In this document: in pieces, positions 22,805 through 36,400 of the stretch
How the letters are laid out: each line of letters starts with the position of its first letter
How positions within the stretch are numbered: the first letter of the stretch is position 1
Origin: Haliotis rubra
Lineage: Eukaryota
Direction of reading: 5' to 3'
DNA length: 64,000 nt
Assembly: GCF_003918875.1 (NCBI RefSeq)
Contig: NW_025766115.1
Span: 1,364,001-1,428,000, forward strand
Position numbers and translations under genes: made by a program
The notes under the pieces: model-generated
Seen by the model: the letters and a program-made list of their open reading frames with translations, nothing else
Database searches by the model: none
Told to the model about the DNA's origin: nothing

Positions 22805-24810
22805 GCCAGGTATACGCCCATGCAGAGGTGGTAGTGAGTACCCTGATATATATGATACCAGGTATACGATCAGAGGTGGTAGTGAGTACCCTGATATATA
22901 TGATTACCAGGTATACGATCAGAGGTGGTAGTGTGAGTACCCTGATATATATGATACCAGGTATACGATCAGAGGTGGCAGTGTGAGTACCCTGATATAT
23001 GATACCAGGTATACGATCAGAGGTGGTAGTAGAGTACCCTGATATATATGATACCAGGTATACGATCAGAGGTGGTAGTGAGTACCCTGATATATATGAT
23101 ACCAGGTATACGATCAGAGGTGGTAGTGAGTACCCTGATATATATGATACCAGGTATACGATCAGAGGTGGTAGTGAGTACCGATATATATGCTACCAGG
23201 TATACGATCAGAGGTGGTAGTGTGTACCCTGATATATATGACCAGGTATACGATCAGAGGTGGTAGTGAGTACCCTGATATATATGATACCAGGTATACG
23301 ATCAGAGGTGGCAGTGAGTACCGATATATGTTACCAGGTATACGATCAGAGGTGGCAGTGAGTACCCTGATATATATGATACCAGGTATACGATCAGAGG
23401 TGGTAGTGTCGATATACCCTGATATATATGCCCAGGTATACGATATAGAGGTGGATCAGCGGTGAGTACCCTGATATATATGTTACCAGGTATACGATCA
23501 GAGGTGGTAGTGAGTACCCTGATATATATGTTACCAGGTATACGATCAGAGGTGGTAGTGAGTACCCTGATATATATGCTACCAGGTATACGATCAGAGG
23601 TGGTAGTGAGTACCCTGATATATATGATACCAGGTATACGATCAGAGGTGGTAGTGAGTACCCTGATATATATGATACCAGGTATACGATCAGAGGTGGT
23701 AGTGAGTACCCTGATATATATGATACCAGGTATACGATCAGAGGTGGTGGTAGTGCAGTACCCTGATATATATGCAGATACCAAGGCGCATACGATCAGA
23801 GGTGGCAGTGTGCAATACCCTGATATATATGATACCAGGTATACGATCAGAGGTGGTAGTGAGTACCCTGATATATATGTGGCAATACTATCAGATCAGA
23901 GGTGGTAGTGAGAGTACCCTGATATATATGATACCAGGTATACGATCAGAGGTGGTAGTGAGTACCCTGATATATATGATACCAGGTATACGATCAGAGG
24001 TGGTAGTGAGTACCCTGATATATATGCTACCAGGTATACGATCAGAGGTGGTAGTGAGTACCCTGATATATATGTTATATATGATACCAGGTATACGATC
24101 AGAGGTGGCAGTGAGTACCCTGATATATATGATACCAGGTATACGATCAGAGGTGGTAGTGAGTACCCGGATATATATGATACCAGGTATACGATCAGAG
24201 GTGGCAGTGAGTACCCTGATATATATGATACCAGGTATACGATCAGAGGTGGCAGTGTGAGTACCCTGATATATATGATACCAGGTATACGATCAGAGGT
24301 GGTAGTGAGTACCCTGATATATATGATACCAGGTATACGATCAGAGGTGGTAGTGTGAGTACCCTGATATGTTGCCAGGTATACGATCAGAGGTGGTAGT
24401 GAGTACCCTGATATATATGCTACCAGGTATACGATCAGAGGTGGTAGTGAGTATCCTGATATATATGTGATACCAGGTATACGATCAGAGGTAGGCAGTG
24501 AGTACCCTGATATATATGATACCAGGTATACAATCAGAGGTGGTAGTCTGAGTACCCTGATATGTTGCCAGGTATACGCCCAGGGGTGGTTGTCAGAACC
24601 CTGATATGTTGCCAGGTATACGCCCAGGGGTGGTTGTCAGAACCCTGATATGTTGCCAGGTATACGCCCAGGGGTGGTTGTCAGAACCCTGATATGTTGC
24701 CAGGTATACGCCCAGGGGTGGTTGTCAGAACCCTGATATGTTGCCAGGTATACGCCCAGGGGTGGTTGTCAGAACCCTGATATGTTGCCAGGTATACGCC
24801 CAGGGGTGGT
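22805..24810. repeat. Minisatellite: about 35 copies of a 48-bp unit, then about 5.5 copies of a related 44-bp unit
   Basis: GATACCAGGTATACGATCAGAGGTGGTAGTGAGTACCCTGATATATAT (48 bp); from about 24564 GTTGCCAGGTATACGCCCAGGGGTGGTTGTCAGAACCCTGATAT (44 bp). Confidence 0.97.
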
Positions 24811-24972
24811 ACTCAGTACCCCAGATGCACAGGGTGGTACTGCATATTTACCCAGCCGTACGCTCTGGGCGTTGTCATACTAAATTATCTCAGTGTAACG
24901 ACATTCGAAAGTGTGATAAAGCAAGTGTGGTGCGATCGGCTTTGCGATACGATCGCAGGCCCAGAACTGGTC

Positions 24973-25130
24973 GTGAGTGAGTATGGTTTTACGCCGCTTT
25001 TAGCAATGTTCCAGCAATATCACAAGCGGGGACACCAGTGGGCTTCACACATGGTACCTATGTGGGGAATCGAACCCGGGCCTTCGGCGTGACGAGCGAA
25101 CGCTTTAACCACTAGCCTACCCCACCGCCC
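24973..25130 (-). mobile_element. SINE family 1
   Basis: Consensus match; TSD CAGAACTGGT. Confidence 0.88.
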
Positions 25131-25319
25131 CAGAACTGGTAGTGAATACCCTGATGTATTACAAGGTGCACGTCACCATTTGACATGTCCACGTGGCATA
25201 TAAATGTAATCATGAAATTATTGTAAAAGTCCGATATTATTCTATTCATATAACAGACCAATGGGCGATAATCTCTCCTGATGAATAAGCGTTCGCTCGT
25301 CTGGACGAAGACCCAGGTT

Positions 25320-25891
25320 TAGACAAATGCTTAGTCCCTGAATATACATGTATTAATTTTGATATCAATAAATTTAACTCATTTAAATTGAAAAGAAGCC
25401 CCAGTCAGTTGGGAGATTCAGAACATGGGTGAGGTGAGGTGAGGTGAAATTGGGTTTAACGTCGTGCTTGAGAATATTTCGCTCATATGACGACGTGCAT
25501 GCGTGTGTATGTGTATGTGCGGCTGCTTGTACTAGCACAGACTGAAGCTGGTTTTATAGTGCTAGCCCACTGAGATACCATGCCGCAGTGAAGCATGAAT
25601 ACCCCACTCAGACACATTATACTGACTCCGAGCCGACCAGTCCTTGTGTGTACCCATTAATGCCGAGCGCCAGGCAGGGACCAACATATTTTAACGTCTT
25701 GTGGTATGATGCGGTCGGGGATCGAACCCGCGACCTTCCGCTCTCCTTGCGGACGCTCTAACCACTACACCACGGAGGCGGTCCTCAGAACATGGGTAAA
25801 TCTACACTTGTTTCTTTTACGGCTTTAGCATTGCAGGGAGGGCTAGGCAACTAGGAAAAATAATGTGGTTCAGGGACTGCGAGACAGGCTA
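25320..25891. mobile_element. Non-autonomous DNA transposon, TAG..CTA ends, 9-bp TSD (AcademH-like), containing a SINE
   Basis: TSD ACCCAGGTT (25311-25319, 25892-25900); homologous to 27272-27470. Confidence 0.75.
25431..25784 (-). mobile_element. SINE family 3, full length
   Basis: TSD TCAGAACATGGGT; (CACCT)n tail. Confidence 0.9.
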
Positions 25892-26643
25892 ACCCAGGTT
25901 CTGAACGTTTCTGGTGCATTGGTGGGAAACTGTTAGAGCATTGCTACGACATTGCTGGACTGTGACTTCGCTGTGAAAATTCCTGGAACATTACTAGTAC
26001 ATTTTCCAAACCCAGAACTCAATCATTTGTTGACAAAAGAGAGCCTTGTCTAACCAACACTAAGTGTTCCGAATATACACTTTCGAACCTTTTCACGATC
26101 TGAAACACAGGTTTGGTGGCAGATATTGTCAGCTCTGGGATCAATCATGTACAGCTAAAACAACACTGCATTCATAAGCAAATACCCAGGAGGAATTGCG
26201 TGAAGATTGAAGAGCCTTTTATCGGTGGTGCGGCAACGTCACCACAGGCGGTGTCAAACATGGACTATAAATGTACATACGTATGCTAGTCTGCCATTAA
26301 CTCCACTGAAAAACAGATAATGTAATGACCCATTCATGACAATACCTATTTGAACTGGGAGTAGTGTCCGAGAGTCTTTCAACTGACCATGTCAAGGCGT
26401 CATGCTGAGCGAGCGAGTGTGGTTTAACGCCGCTCTGAGCAATATTCCAGTTAAGCGTGAGAGAAAAGCCGGAAGTGATGCAGGTCTGAGACGCTTACCA
26501 TTTTATTGAGACGCACGAACACAGGAACGGTGCTGGAAATATTAGAAATATCAGAAACAACATGTGCATCTTGGAAATAGATTGTGTTCATCTTCTGAAA
26601 TGCCATGTGCACTCCTTTGTGTGATCAGCATCAGCCTTGGATT

Positions 26644-26644
<1 letters not shown>

Positions 26645-26726
<82 letters not shown>
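26645..26726. repeat. Compound microsatellite (TACA)n(CA)n(TACA)n
   Basis: Visible directly. Confidence 0.95.
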
Positions 26727-26728
<2 letters not shown>

Positions 26729-26923
26729 ACATTTGTATAGCGCCGATATCCAGCTCAGCTCAGCTGCTCAAAGGCGCTTAGTTTTCCCCTCGTTCACTGG
26801 ATGTCAATCTCAACGGCACATCGTATTGTCAATCTCAACTCCCTGGGGAGCATACAATTATGGATTATGTGAGACATTTCCTATACGTGCACGTATATTT
26901 ATCATCTGGCTAGTTTGTCAAGA

Positions 26924-27084
26924 GGGGGTGGTGGGAAAGCCTAGTGGTTAAAGCGTTCGCTCGTCACGGGTTCGATTTCCCACATGGGTACAATGTTTGA
27001 AGCCCATTTATGGTGTCCCCCGCCGTGATATTGCTGGAATATTGCTAAATGCGGCGTAAAACGTCACTAAAGTCAGTCAGTCAC
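26924..27084 (+). mobile_element. SINE family 1
   Basis: Consensus match with an internal deletion before the B box. Confidence 0.8.
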
Positions 27085-27271
27085 TAGTTTGTCCAGATAG
27101 CGACAAAGGCGGCATGGGAAGCTGTTTGGAATCTATAGCTGTAGAGTGACCCCACACTTGTTCAAGGGGGCGGTTGGTTAACGTAGTAGTTAAGGCGTTC
27201 GCTCCTCACAAGGGTGTGAAGCTTATTACAAGCATCGATTCAACGAATACAGTGACCTGCATCAACCAGGT

Positions 27272-27470
27272 TAGACTAAGGCTTAGTCTCTGAATATATA
27301 TAATTTTGATAGTAACAAACAAGCCCATTTATATTGAAAAGGAGCCCTAGGGAGACCAGAGATTCCTGAACCTGAGGAAGTCTAGACTTGCTTTATTTAG
27401 GGCTTTAGCACTGCAGAGAGGGCTTGGCAGTGGGGAAATTAATGTGGTTCAGGGACTGTGAGACAGACTA
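27272..27470. mobile_element. AcademH-like non-autonomous element (199 bp) inserted in a family-2 SINE remnant
   Basis: TAGACTAA...CAGACTA with perfect 9-bp TSD CAACCAGGT. Confidence 0.78.
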
Positions 27471-27546
27471 CAACCAGGTCAGCGAGTCTGCCTACCTGAA
27501 CGCGTTTGACGCCTCTTGCGAACTAGAATGAATTGCTGAGGACCAG

Positions 27547-27659
27547 GGCCTAGATTTTCGAAGCTCTCTTAGCGCTAAGATAGTCGTAATTATAAGTTAA
27601 TGTTAATGTATGACACTTACGACTATCTTAGCGCTAAGAGAGCTTCGAAAATCTAGGCC
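27547..27659. mobile_element. PIF/Harbinger-type palindromic MITE
   Basis: Perfect 43-bp TIR GGCCTAGATTTTCGAAGCTCTCTTAGCGCTAAGATAGTCGTAA; 3-bp TSD CAG. Confidence 0.85.
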
Positions 27660-27975
27660 CAGTTCTATCCCGCATCTTCACGGGACAGAAGCAGAGTTTG
27701 CTAGTGACTTGTGTGTTACAGCGACAATCTCTCTACACATCTGGTCCCCGTTCCACAAAGCGAAGTAAGCGTTACGACTGTTGTAAACTTTTATTATATT
27801 TAATTAACTAGGCTGGAATAAAAATAAAATAAAAACAAACAAAACAAACAAACTTTATTAAACAGTATGGGACGTTATGATTGCTGTAAGTATTTTGTAC
27901 TTTGTAAATTGGAAAACACCACCCTTTCCTTCCTTCTTTCTTTGAATACACCCTGAATACTCCCATGTATTACTC

Positions 27976-28327
27976 GACCGCCTCCGTGGTTAGAGCGTCC
28001 GCCCGGAGAGCGGAAGGTCACGGGTTCGATCCCCGATCGCGTCATACCAAAAGACGTTAAAATATGGTACTTGTTGGTCCCTGCCTGGCGCTCGGCATTA
28101 ACGGGTACAACAAGGACTGGTCGGCTCGGAGTCAGTATAATGTGTCTAAGTGGGGTATCCATGCTTCACTGCGGCATGGTATTTCAGTGGGCTAGCACTA
28201 TAAAACCAGCTTAAGTCTGGGCTAGTACAAGCAGCCGCACATACACACACACACGCATGCACGTCGTCATATGAGCGAAATATTCTCAAGCACGACGTTA
28301 AATCCGATTTCACCTCACCTCACCTCA
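27976..28327 (+). mobile_element. SINE family 3 (8-nt deletion in the A box)
   Basis: TSD CCCATGTATTACTC. Confidence 0.9.
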
Positions 28328-29780
28328 CCCATGTATTACTCAGAAGTGTGACGTTCGACACTGACCTATATAAGAACACTGCATGCCTCCACCTATGAGT
28401 TGGGGAACATACGTAGTGCTAAATAATTGGTCCAGGTGTGGAACGTCGTGTCTTGCAGTGTTGTTTTGTACTACCTCGCTGTGTACCTTGGCGGTGCCAG
28501 GATCCGCTCACTCACCCACATGGATGTGCCTTGTTTGGTCTGACAGCGCCCTACTCGTGGGTTAACTTTACTAATTTGCAAACCAACCACAAACGTCCAT
28601 TCCGGGTCATGTAAATAAAATGCGCAAGCAGAGTGTTCTAACATATTCATCAAAGTTACCAGCGATGGTTTCCCGGATTATATTGTAATAATCCTGCGAT
28701 ATCAAAACGGGGTATGCCAGAAATGGGCTTCACATTTTGTAACCCGTGTGTGGAATCGAACCCTGGTCTTCGGCGTGACGAGCGGACCCTTTAACCACTA
28801 GCCTACCCCACCGCCCCAGAACTGGTAGTGAATACCCTGATGTATTCCTTCAAGAGTAAATGAAAAAACTTGTATATAACCAGCGCTTAGCAAACCATAA
28901 ATTTATGAATAACTATTGAAAATCAAAATGAAATTGTAGTATGGTAAGGTAGATATGGTTTCGTGTTCAAAAAAGGGGAGGTTACCCCCACCCACCCCCA
29001 AAAAGGGGAGGGTACCCCCACCCCGTTCCTACGACCCTGAAACGTGTGAATCGCATTGCAGTCTGCATACGTTGGGCCAGAGACTGGTTAGGCGTACAGA
29101 GTAGACGTCCCTTAGGTAATTATATGTACGCCATCACATCTTGTAAACTAACTTAATTAAATAATTGGCTGTTCGAATTATTTACTTTCACTCCCAGTCA
29201 GAGTGACGTTACCTTGACAACCATAACAGCGATTTCCAGGATAGTGACGAGTTTATTGACTATTTAATATGCAAACGCTAGCCTTTTATTTTCAAAGGGG
29301 TTCGATTCCCCACATGGGCACAATTCATGGTTAATTTCTGGTGTCCCCGCCGTGACTCTAAAAGAAAACTAAACTCAGAGTCAGTCAGGTACTTCATGGT
29401 TAATGCACTCTGAGAATATCAGAAAAGAACGTCTGTCAACTCTGAACTGTTACCCTTTCGCCGATTCGAATATTTTTTATCAACCATGCAGGTCTGTCAA
29501 GAATTACATGCTGGAAGTAAGGGAAGCAAGGCCACATGCTATCCTGTAGAAATCACACCCACGTTTTGTTTTTAAAATAGCGGGAGTCAAAATTATATAA
29601 CTGTTTTCAAAACGTTGAAAATGGTTGAATTTTGAAACATGAAAGGTTAATAATTACTAACTGTATTGATTGTGGTTGAAAAATATGGTAAAAATGTTTT
29701 GGAAAATATAAATACATTGCCTCCGATTTGCTACAAAGCCGAAAATATTTCAGTGAGTACCACAGACATTTCCTATGCAG

Positions 29781-29807
29781 TGACGTCAGGCGTGGGAAAC
29801 CGGAAGT
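29781..29807. promoter_or_regulatory. Candidate promoter module CRE-CSL/Su(H)-ETS
   Basis: TGACGTCA gg CGTGGGAA a CCGGAAGT, contiguous, at the edge of a CpG-rich to CpG-poor transition. Confidence 0.5.
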
Positions 29808-32150
29808 AAAAGCAAATACTATTTGTTATACAACAACTCGTATAGAAATAACATTGATGATACTTTCTAAAACAAAACTCAAACACAACTTCCATCAAAT
29901 AATACACCGTATTCAATGCTTTTGTCAAATATTTCTATATTTATTCTGTACAATATTTCATAAGGATACTACTTCTAAATATCAATTTGATATTATCTTA
30001 GAAAAATAGTTGTAGCACTACTACTATATTCTAATGACGTTGAAGCAGATGACAGGTTGAAGAAGCGATAATGTTGTGATGTTTTTATCTTGCACACGTT
30101 TGAGGAGTAAACCGATTGACTAATCAGATCTTGGTGACGGCTTGTACATGAACAGGACTCCCTATCGACAAAACAACTAAAGGTAGGCAATGCGCCATTA
30201 GTGAGCGTTATGTGCGATGCTACGGGTGTGCCAGTGGATTGTTTTGATTTTCTGCCTGTTCAACTGCAAAGTCCAACAAGCTATTTTATCTATATTCATT
30301 GCAGAGTATAGGATATCAAGATGACCTTGTTTTTACCTTCGTTCGAGTCTCAAAGTAAACCGCTGAGATATATAGCTATTGATTTTGAACTCGCGTGTAT
30401 TATCAACACAGGGGCCTCAATGAGATCGAAATCTTGTCGGATACTCAGTGGTCGTCTGCACTGGGAATTAGTGTTGGCTTTACACACATGTACACTTTTC
30501 AGAAACACACCCCAGGGCCACACGAACCACGGTATTAATTTTCAAACCAACTGTAGGAATGATGACAACAATACAAGCATATTTAACGCAGAAAACAACT
30601 TACAAAATGTGAAATGTCAATAAGTTCACCCAACTGGAACCACAGAAATACCAGAAGAAGATGCTTAATTTGTACCATTTTCCTGATACGTTTTGATAAC
30701 ATATGTCACTTTTATGTGTGTTTTTTTACGTTTTGTTTGTATTTTGTTTAATTGACAATATCCCAGATTAGACATACAGGGTCCAAGCCACGAGAGGCAT
30801 GCAAACGTCTTTACATAGCATGAGCAAAGTTATTCAATGAATTTCGGAAGCTATTGTGATGCATTTTAATATTAACAGTGAGAATGATAATGGAGGCGGT
30901 ATGGCTATTACACAGACTCAGATTTTTGTTTATTTGCAAATTGGACATTAATGACGTTTATGTTCATTCATGCTCATATCCACTCTGTACTTTCTGTACT
31001 GTACCATATAGAGTTACATTTATTGTTAGACTCATGAAACTGATAATTCCATTTTTATCAATGAGGATTCTGTCCTCATGTTATAATAGATTTGTGTTGT
31101 ATATTCAAAGAAGCCAAACAATCTAAGAACAATATCAAAACTGTTCACTTCATTGCGATAAGGATGAGGGTAGGTCATTGACTAGCTGCTCAGTATAGCG
31201 TCACTCTTTGAAGGCATTGTGCTGTCACTGACTGTCTGTCTAAATATAGTGTGGTGGTATCAACACATTCAGAAGGTGTCATTGACTGGCTGTCATATCC
31301 TGTAGGAAGAGGGATGTGTTTCATACCCGGTAAGATGTACAGGTGTTCCGATTAATTCAAATAATCGAAGATTGGTCGCAGTGACCAATCGCCCAAGCAA
31401 TCGATCACATTTTCTCATAATCAAACACAAAAGATTTTGGAACTACTGTTTTAGTCTTTGAAACACTTGACGGTGGAACACATCTTAGAGTTAGAAATTG
31501 TCAGGGCCTGAAAACGTGTTCAATTCTTAAAAAACTCACTTCACTAACTGAAAAGTCATCACTGAATATTTCTCTAAGACTCCAGGAAGTTTATGTTCAT
31601 GATATATTAGTCATCACTTTAAAGTAGCAAGTTGCATCATGTTAAACATATCTGTAATAACAACCTGGATAGGAAAATCTGAAAAATGACGCTTACCAAT
31701 TTTTTTCGATGATTGTTCATTGGTAATGAAGCAACCATCAATTGTGAGATTTCAACCAATTCCCAACACTAGTGAGATGTTACATCATACAAGGAAGGAA
31801 GTGTCTGAAGCTCTCTGACTTAGTGTATAATCGTACAATAACTGTCTGTCGCAGTGTAACATCACACCCTCATGACTAAGGTCAGTGTTTGTCATTGACT
31901 GGAATTTTAGTGTTACCCAAAACACAAACACCTTTTGATTATGATAGACTCAGGGCTCTTGTGACTGCCAGGATGTTTCTATAATATTTTATTTAGAATC
32001 TATCTTCATGTTGCTTCAGGAGATTAATGAACAAGGTTAAATTAAGAGTTTCAAGACTAGTGAAGTCTGGTAGTACAAGACCAGGAGACTTCATAAAGGA
32101 GATGTTAGAATTTCCTTGTGGCCTACAGCTTTAGTTACTTCTACTTTACA

Positions 32151-32317
32151 GGGGGCGGTGAGGTAGCCTAGTGGGTAAAGCGTTTGCTCGTCACACTGAA
32201 GACCCGGGTTCGATTCCCCACATGGGTACAATGTGTGAAGCCCATTTCTGGTGTCCCCTGCCGTGTTGTTGCTGGAATATTGCTAAAAGCGGCGTAAAAC
32301 CAAACTATCTCTCTCTC
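32151..32317 (+). mobile_element. SINE family 1
   Basis: Consensus match. Confidence 0.88.
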
Positions 32318-33295
32318 TACTATACAGATTAAGTTTCTTCCAACATTTGTCATTAAATTAAAGTTAAGTGTTTCTGTTTCATGCATGCCAATGATCTTTT
32401 TTGTATAAAGATATGAGAATTATAGGGATGGAAATTTATACAATTTTAAAAAGGCCTATATCTGCATAAAAATTCCAGGGGTAGACCCCATTGTTGAAAT
32501 CCATGTTTCCTCAGCTCATTACAATAACTGGTTTAAGTAAAATAACTCACTTTTGGGAGAAAGAAGTGGACTCTAGATTTGAAACAAATTGAAAGAACAG
32601 CAGTTGTTTATCTAAGTGAATACATGATTGTGAATAGCTGAACTTCTTGCATGGTGTACGTAATTCGATAGTCTCAAAAGAAAAAATACGTTCTTTGACC
32701 ATATGTTCTTTATATAAGTGATACATATTTGCCATACTTTTAAACCCTACAGGGAAAGCATGTAGTCATTCTCAGCACCTGCTGATAACAATAACATATA
32801 GTCAATGTATTAAAAATCAGAACTTTTCCTGTGTTTCTAGGATACTTTTACACTTGGCTGTAAATGTCTAACATTTTCCCAGCCTATCTCTTTCTACATA
32901 TTGCCAAATCAATACCAGACACTATTCTATCAGTGTTCATACCGTAACTGAAGAAACATTTACTGTAATAACCTGTTACCTAACACCAAAGAAGACTGTT
33001 ACCCAACATTTTTGCTTCCAGTAGGAATAAGCTATACTGAACCCAAAAAGTTAGGTATCATGGGTCGCGTACCGATCTGTCGAATGCATTTTATGGTAAT
33101 GAATACAAATAATATCCATGAATACTTTATGGTAAATAGCCCGGAATTAAAATAGCAAACATGTCATGTAATTGCTTAAGTTGAAACATTTATAGTATAT
33201 TTTCTATAAAACAGAAAAGCAGTACATGGCAAACAAAGCTTATAGTCTACTAACACTAGTGACATGCTGTAAGGGACCCAATTCAAAATAACACA

Positions 33296-33457
33296 GGGCG
33301 GTGTGGTAGCCCAATGGTTTAAGTGTCCACTCCTCACGCTGAAGACCCGGGTTCGATTCCCCACATGGGTACAATGTGTGAAGCCCATTTCTGGTGTCCC
33401 TTCCTTGATATTGCTGGAATATTGCTAAAAGCGACGTAACTAAAACCATACTCACTC
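33296..33457 (+). mobile_element. SINE family 1
   Basis: Consensus match, diverged. Confidence 0.82.
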
Positions 33458-36400
33458 AAGCTAACAAGTTTTTCTACTGCATGGCTTGGATATCCCTCAT
33501 TCCCTTTGTTCACAATTAACTGTTAATTTAAAGGCCTGGGGTTGTCCAAAAATAATTCTCAAAATGTATGTTTACATGATGTACTGGTACTTCTTTTTGC
33601 TGGACAAGCGGTTGGTCACATGAGTATACACGCATTTGTAACTTCACACGTTATTCAGCAGATTTATTATTAAATGACATACACAGACTACTTCCTCGTT
33701 TCTGGGGAAATCCCTGGGAATTCCCAAGCTCGATTATGTAGAAAAACATAGTTTCTGATCGTTTAGGCCCTAAATCTCAAACTTGTGTTTCAGTATTCAC
33801 TGAGATAAGCCAGACAGTTTGACTTCATGCCCATTTAAGTAAGAACATCATGACAAAGACCCATCCCTGAGAAAAAAAGAAGGAAGTTCACACCCAAACT
33901 ACTGACTCAGTACATGTCAAGGCTGACAAGTGAGAGTCTTCAGCAATCTATAAATTTACCTTAGTATCTATTTGATACATCTTTTCATCAACTGTCAACA
34001 GCTGGTGTATTGATCAATGAGGACTTACACTGGTGATCAACACAGGTTAGTGAACAGCTTCGAAATTCTCTCTCTTATCTCCAATTTCATTTCTCTGTAC
34101 AGTTGGTTATTGTATGGCTGTCAGTGTGATCAGTCATGCTTGCCAAATCAAACTGTGTAATACATCCCTAGAGGTATGAAATAGTAATATGAAAAATTAT
34201 AAGAGTTCCCTTTCAGGTTGAGTTCATTGGAGCATGAACCTTTAGAGAGTGAGAGCCAAACAATTTAAATTATGCATGTGTTGCAAGTTCTGACGGTTAT
34301 ACATTTTGGCCCTCACATATGAAGGTTTATGTATCCAAAAAACTCACACAAAGTGAAATTGTTTGGTGGCTTTGAAAGACAGGGGAATAAATTTACGTTG
34401 GTTAATAATACCTGAAGTTTTGTAACCATAATTTTAGTTAAAACTGTTAATCATCTCCTGCTTCTGAATTGTTTAAATTCTTTTCTTTGCTTTGTCCAGA
34501 ATAAGTGTCGTCCAAATGTCTGCCATATTCATCCCCAATATTTTAAACTCCTCTAAGTGCCGGTCATGGTGGAGTCCTGACAAGTTAATATTTTTTCCAG
34601 ACATGGAATTGATTGGAATAGCTTTTGCATGGATCAAAACAGTACCTAATTTCGTGCCATGGCATGGTAAATATTGAAATGACATGGATGAAATGTTTTC
34701 ATTGAGCCCTAATGGCATGATTAAAACTATGAAAATAATACACACCTTCATTTAATGGAAAATGAGATAAATTTGACCAACAGAAATGATTCAAAACCTA
34801 TTCTTGCACCCCCTGAACCTGTTTATTGATGCTTCTCTCATTCTCATGGGCGTGGCCATTTTGAATGCCATAACAGGATCATATTCTTAATGTATTCTCA
34901 TTCGTTGCACATCTTGTTCTTAAGTTGGATGATTCCACACCAATTCCTGGGAAAATGCCCTATTACGACTCACGCGTAAAATGTCCTGAAATCAAAGAAA
35001 ACAGCATGACTTTTTCTCCTAGCATGACTCTTTTGGATACTATATTCTGATTGGTTGATTTCTGACCACAATCGATCTTAAACCTAAATCAAAGGACTGC
35101 AAATTACATGGACCACTGCATCTGCGTATGAATACATAGCACTCGATGACCTTATTGTTTGTAAATAAATGTCAAAATCGAATATCAGCGTTTTGATTTT
35201 GGTAGCCTCTACACTTTGTTTGGAGATGGATTTGATCTTAAATAATAATGCTTAATTCATGACCTACTAGATTCAATCATCAAAGATTTCAGTCTTTCGA
35301 TGCCTTTGCTCTTTCATTTTCGTAGCGGCAGTGAAACAACAATCCCACCCCGTTGGTCCCGGCTGCGGGATGTGTTCGGCTTTAGGTGACATTTACAAGT
35401 CTTAAATCACAAGCTAAAGAACCACCAAAAGTAAAACAGAATAGATTTATCTCCTTATTTAAACAACACATAAATCACTTGAAACTGAGATGGGATTGTA
35501 CCTTGCTGGTGTAGTTGTAGTAGACATATGTTGATATCAGCGAAGACCTTTGAGGGAATTGTGAACATACTTCAGTTGAAGCTTAATAATGAATCAGAAA
35601 CATCTGACATCATTACTGTGTTTTGTGTTCAATGTTTAGTGGGTCCCTGTTGTAATCCAAATGTCACCGGTTCATCATGTGGAGGGAGGGCAGCCTGTTA
35701 TTGTGACTGTGAGTACCAGAGGAATCATGAAATGTAAAGGTTTTACACCTAAAACTTGGAAATGTTTCTCCGCATTGGCACGTCATTTCGAAATGAATGT
35801 ATCAGTCATTTTAATCATCAGTTTGGCAGTAAAAAGAAAAAAAATAATATTTTGAGTGTCGTTCAAATGATTTTCTATTGTCAATAAATGCTTGGCAACT
35901 AACGCTATATTAAGGGGCCAGTTTTAATGTGTACCCAGTTGGATGTTGTAATCCAAAAGAAAGTTGACTGAACCAGCCCTCAGACTACTGGATGAAGTTA
36001 CGGATTGTGAAGTTACATACTTTGAAGTTACACTTCAAATTTGTTATTTTTAAAGGCAATAATTTTATTGTTTAGGTATGAATATCGCGTCAAAGATTGT
36101 CTGCAAAGCTAATTGCTCTGTTGTAATATACTAAAAGGATCATGTGAAAATTCCTTTAATATTTTCCAGTTTTCATCACCAGCTTTGAATGCCACTGTGG
36201 GAGGAAATCGAAAATAAATAAAGGAACACATCTATGAAATGGTGTTCTGTTGTTTAGGTCAGGAAATATATCAGGGCTCGATTTAGTGGTTTGTTACTTG
36301 CACTGGTGCAAAATATTATTAAGTGCAACCTAGTTAAATAAAGTCAATTTCCTTTAAAATAAACATCTAAGTAATTCAATAGCACATTTCTTTCTTGGTG

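Noticed and set aside
22805-24810. CRISPR-like array, or a U1-sponge array (units contain CAG/GTAT and GTGAGTA)
   Set aside because: No unique spacers and a eukaryotic context; the donor-like matches are short and expected by chance, with no evidence of transcription.
22798-24980. Repetitive ORFs (MIPGIRSEVVVSTLIY)n
   Set aside because: Translation of a 48-bp minisatellite with frequent frame-breaking indels.
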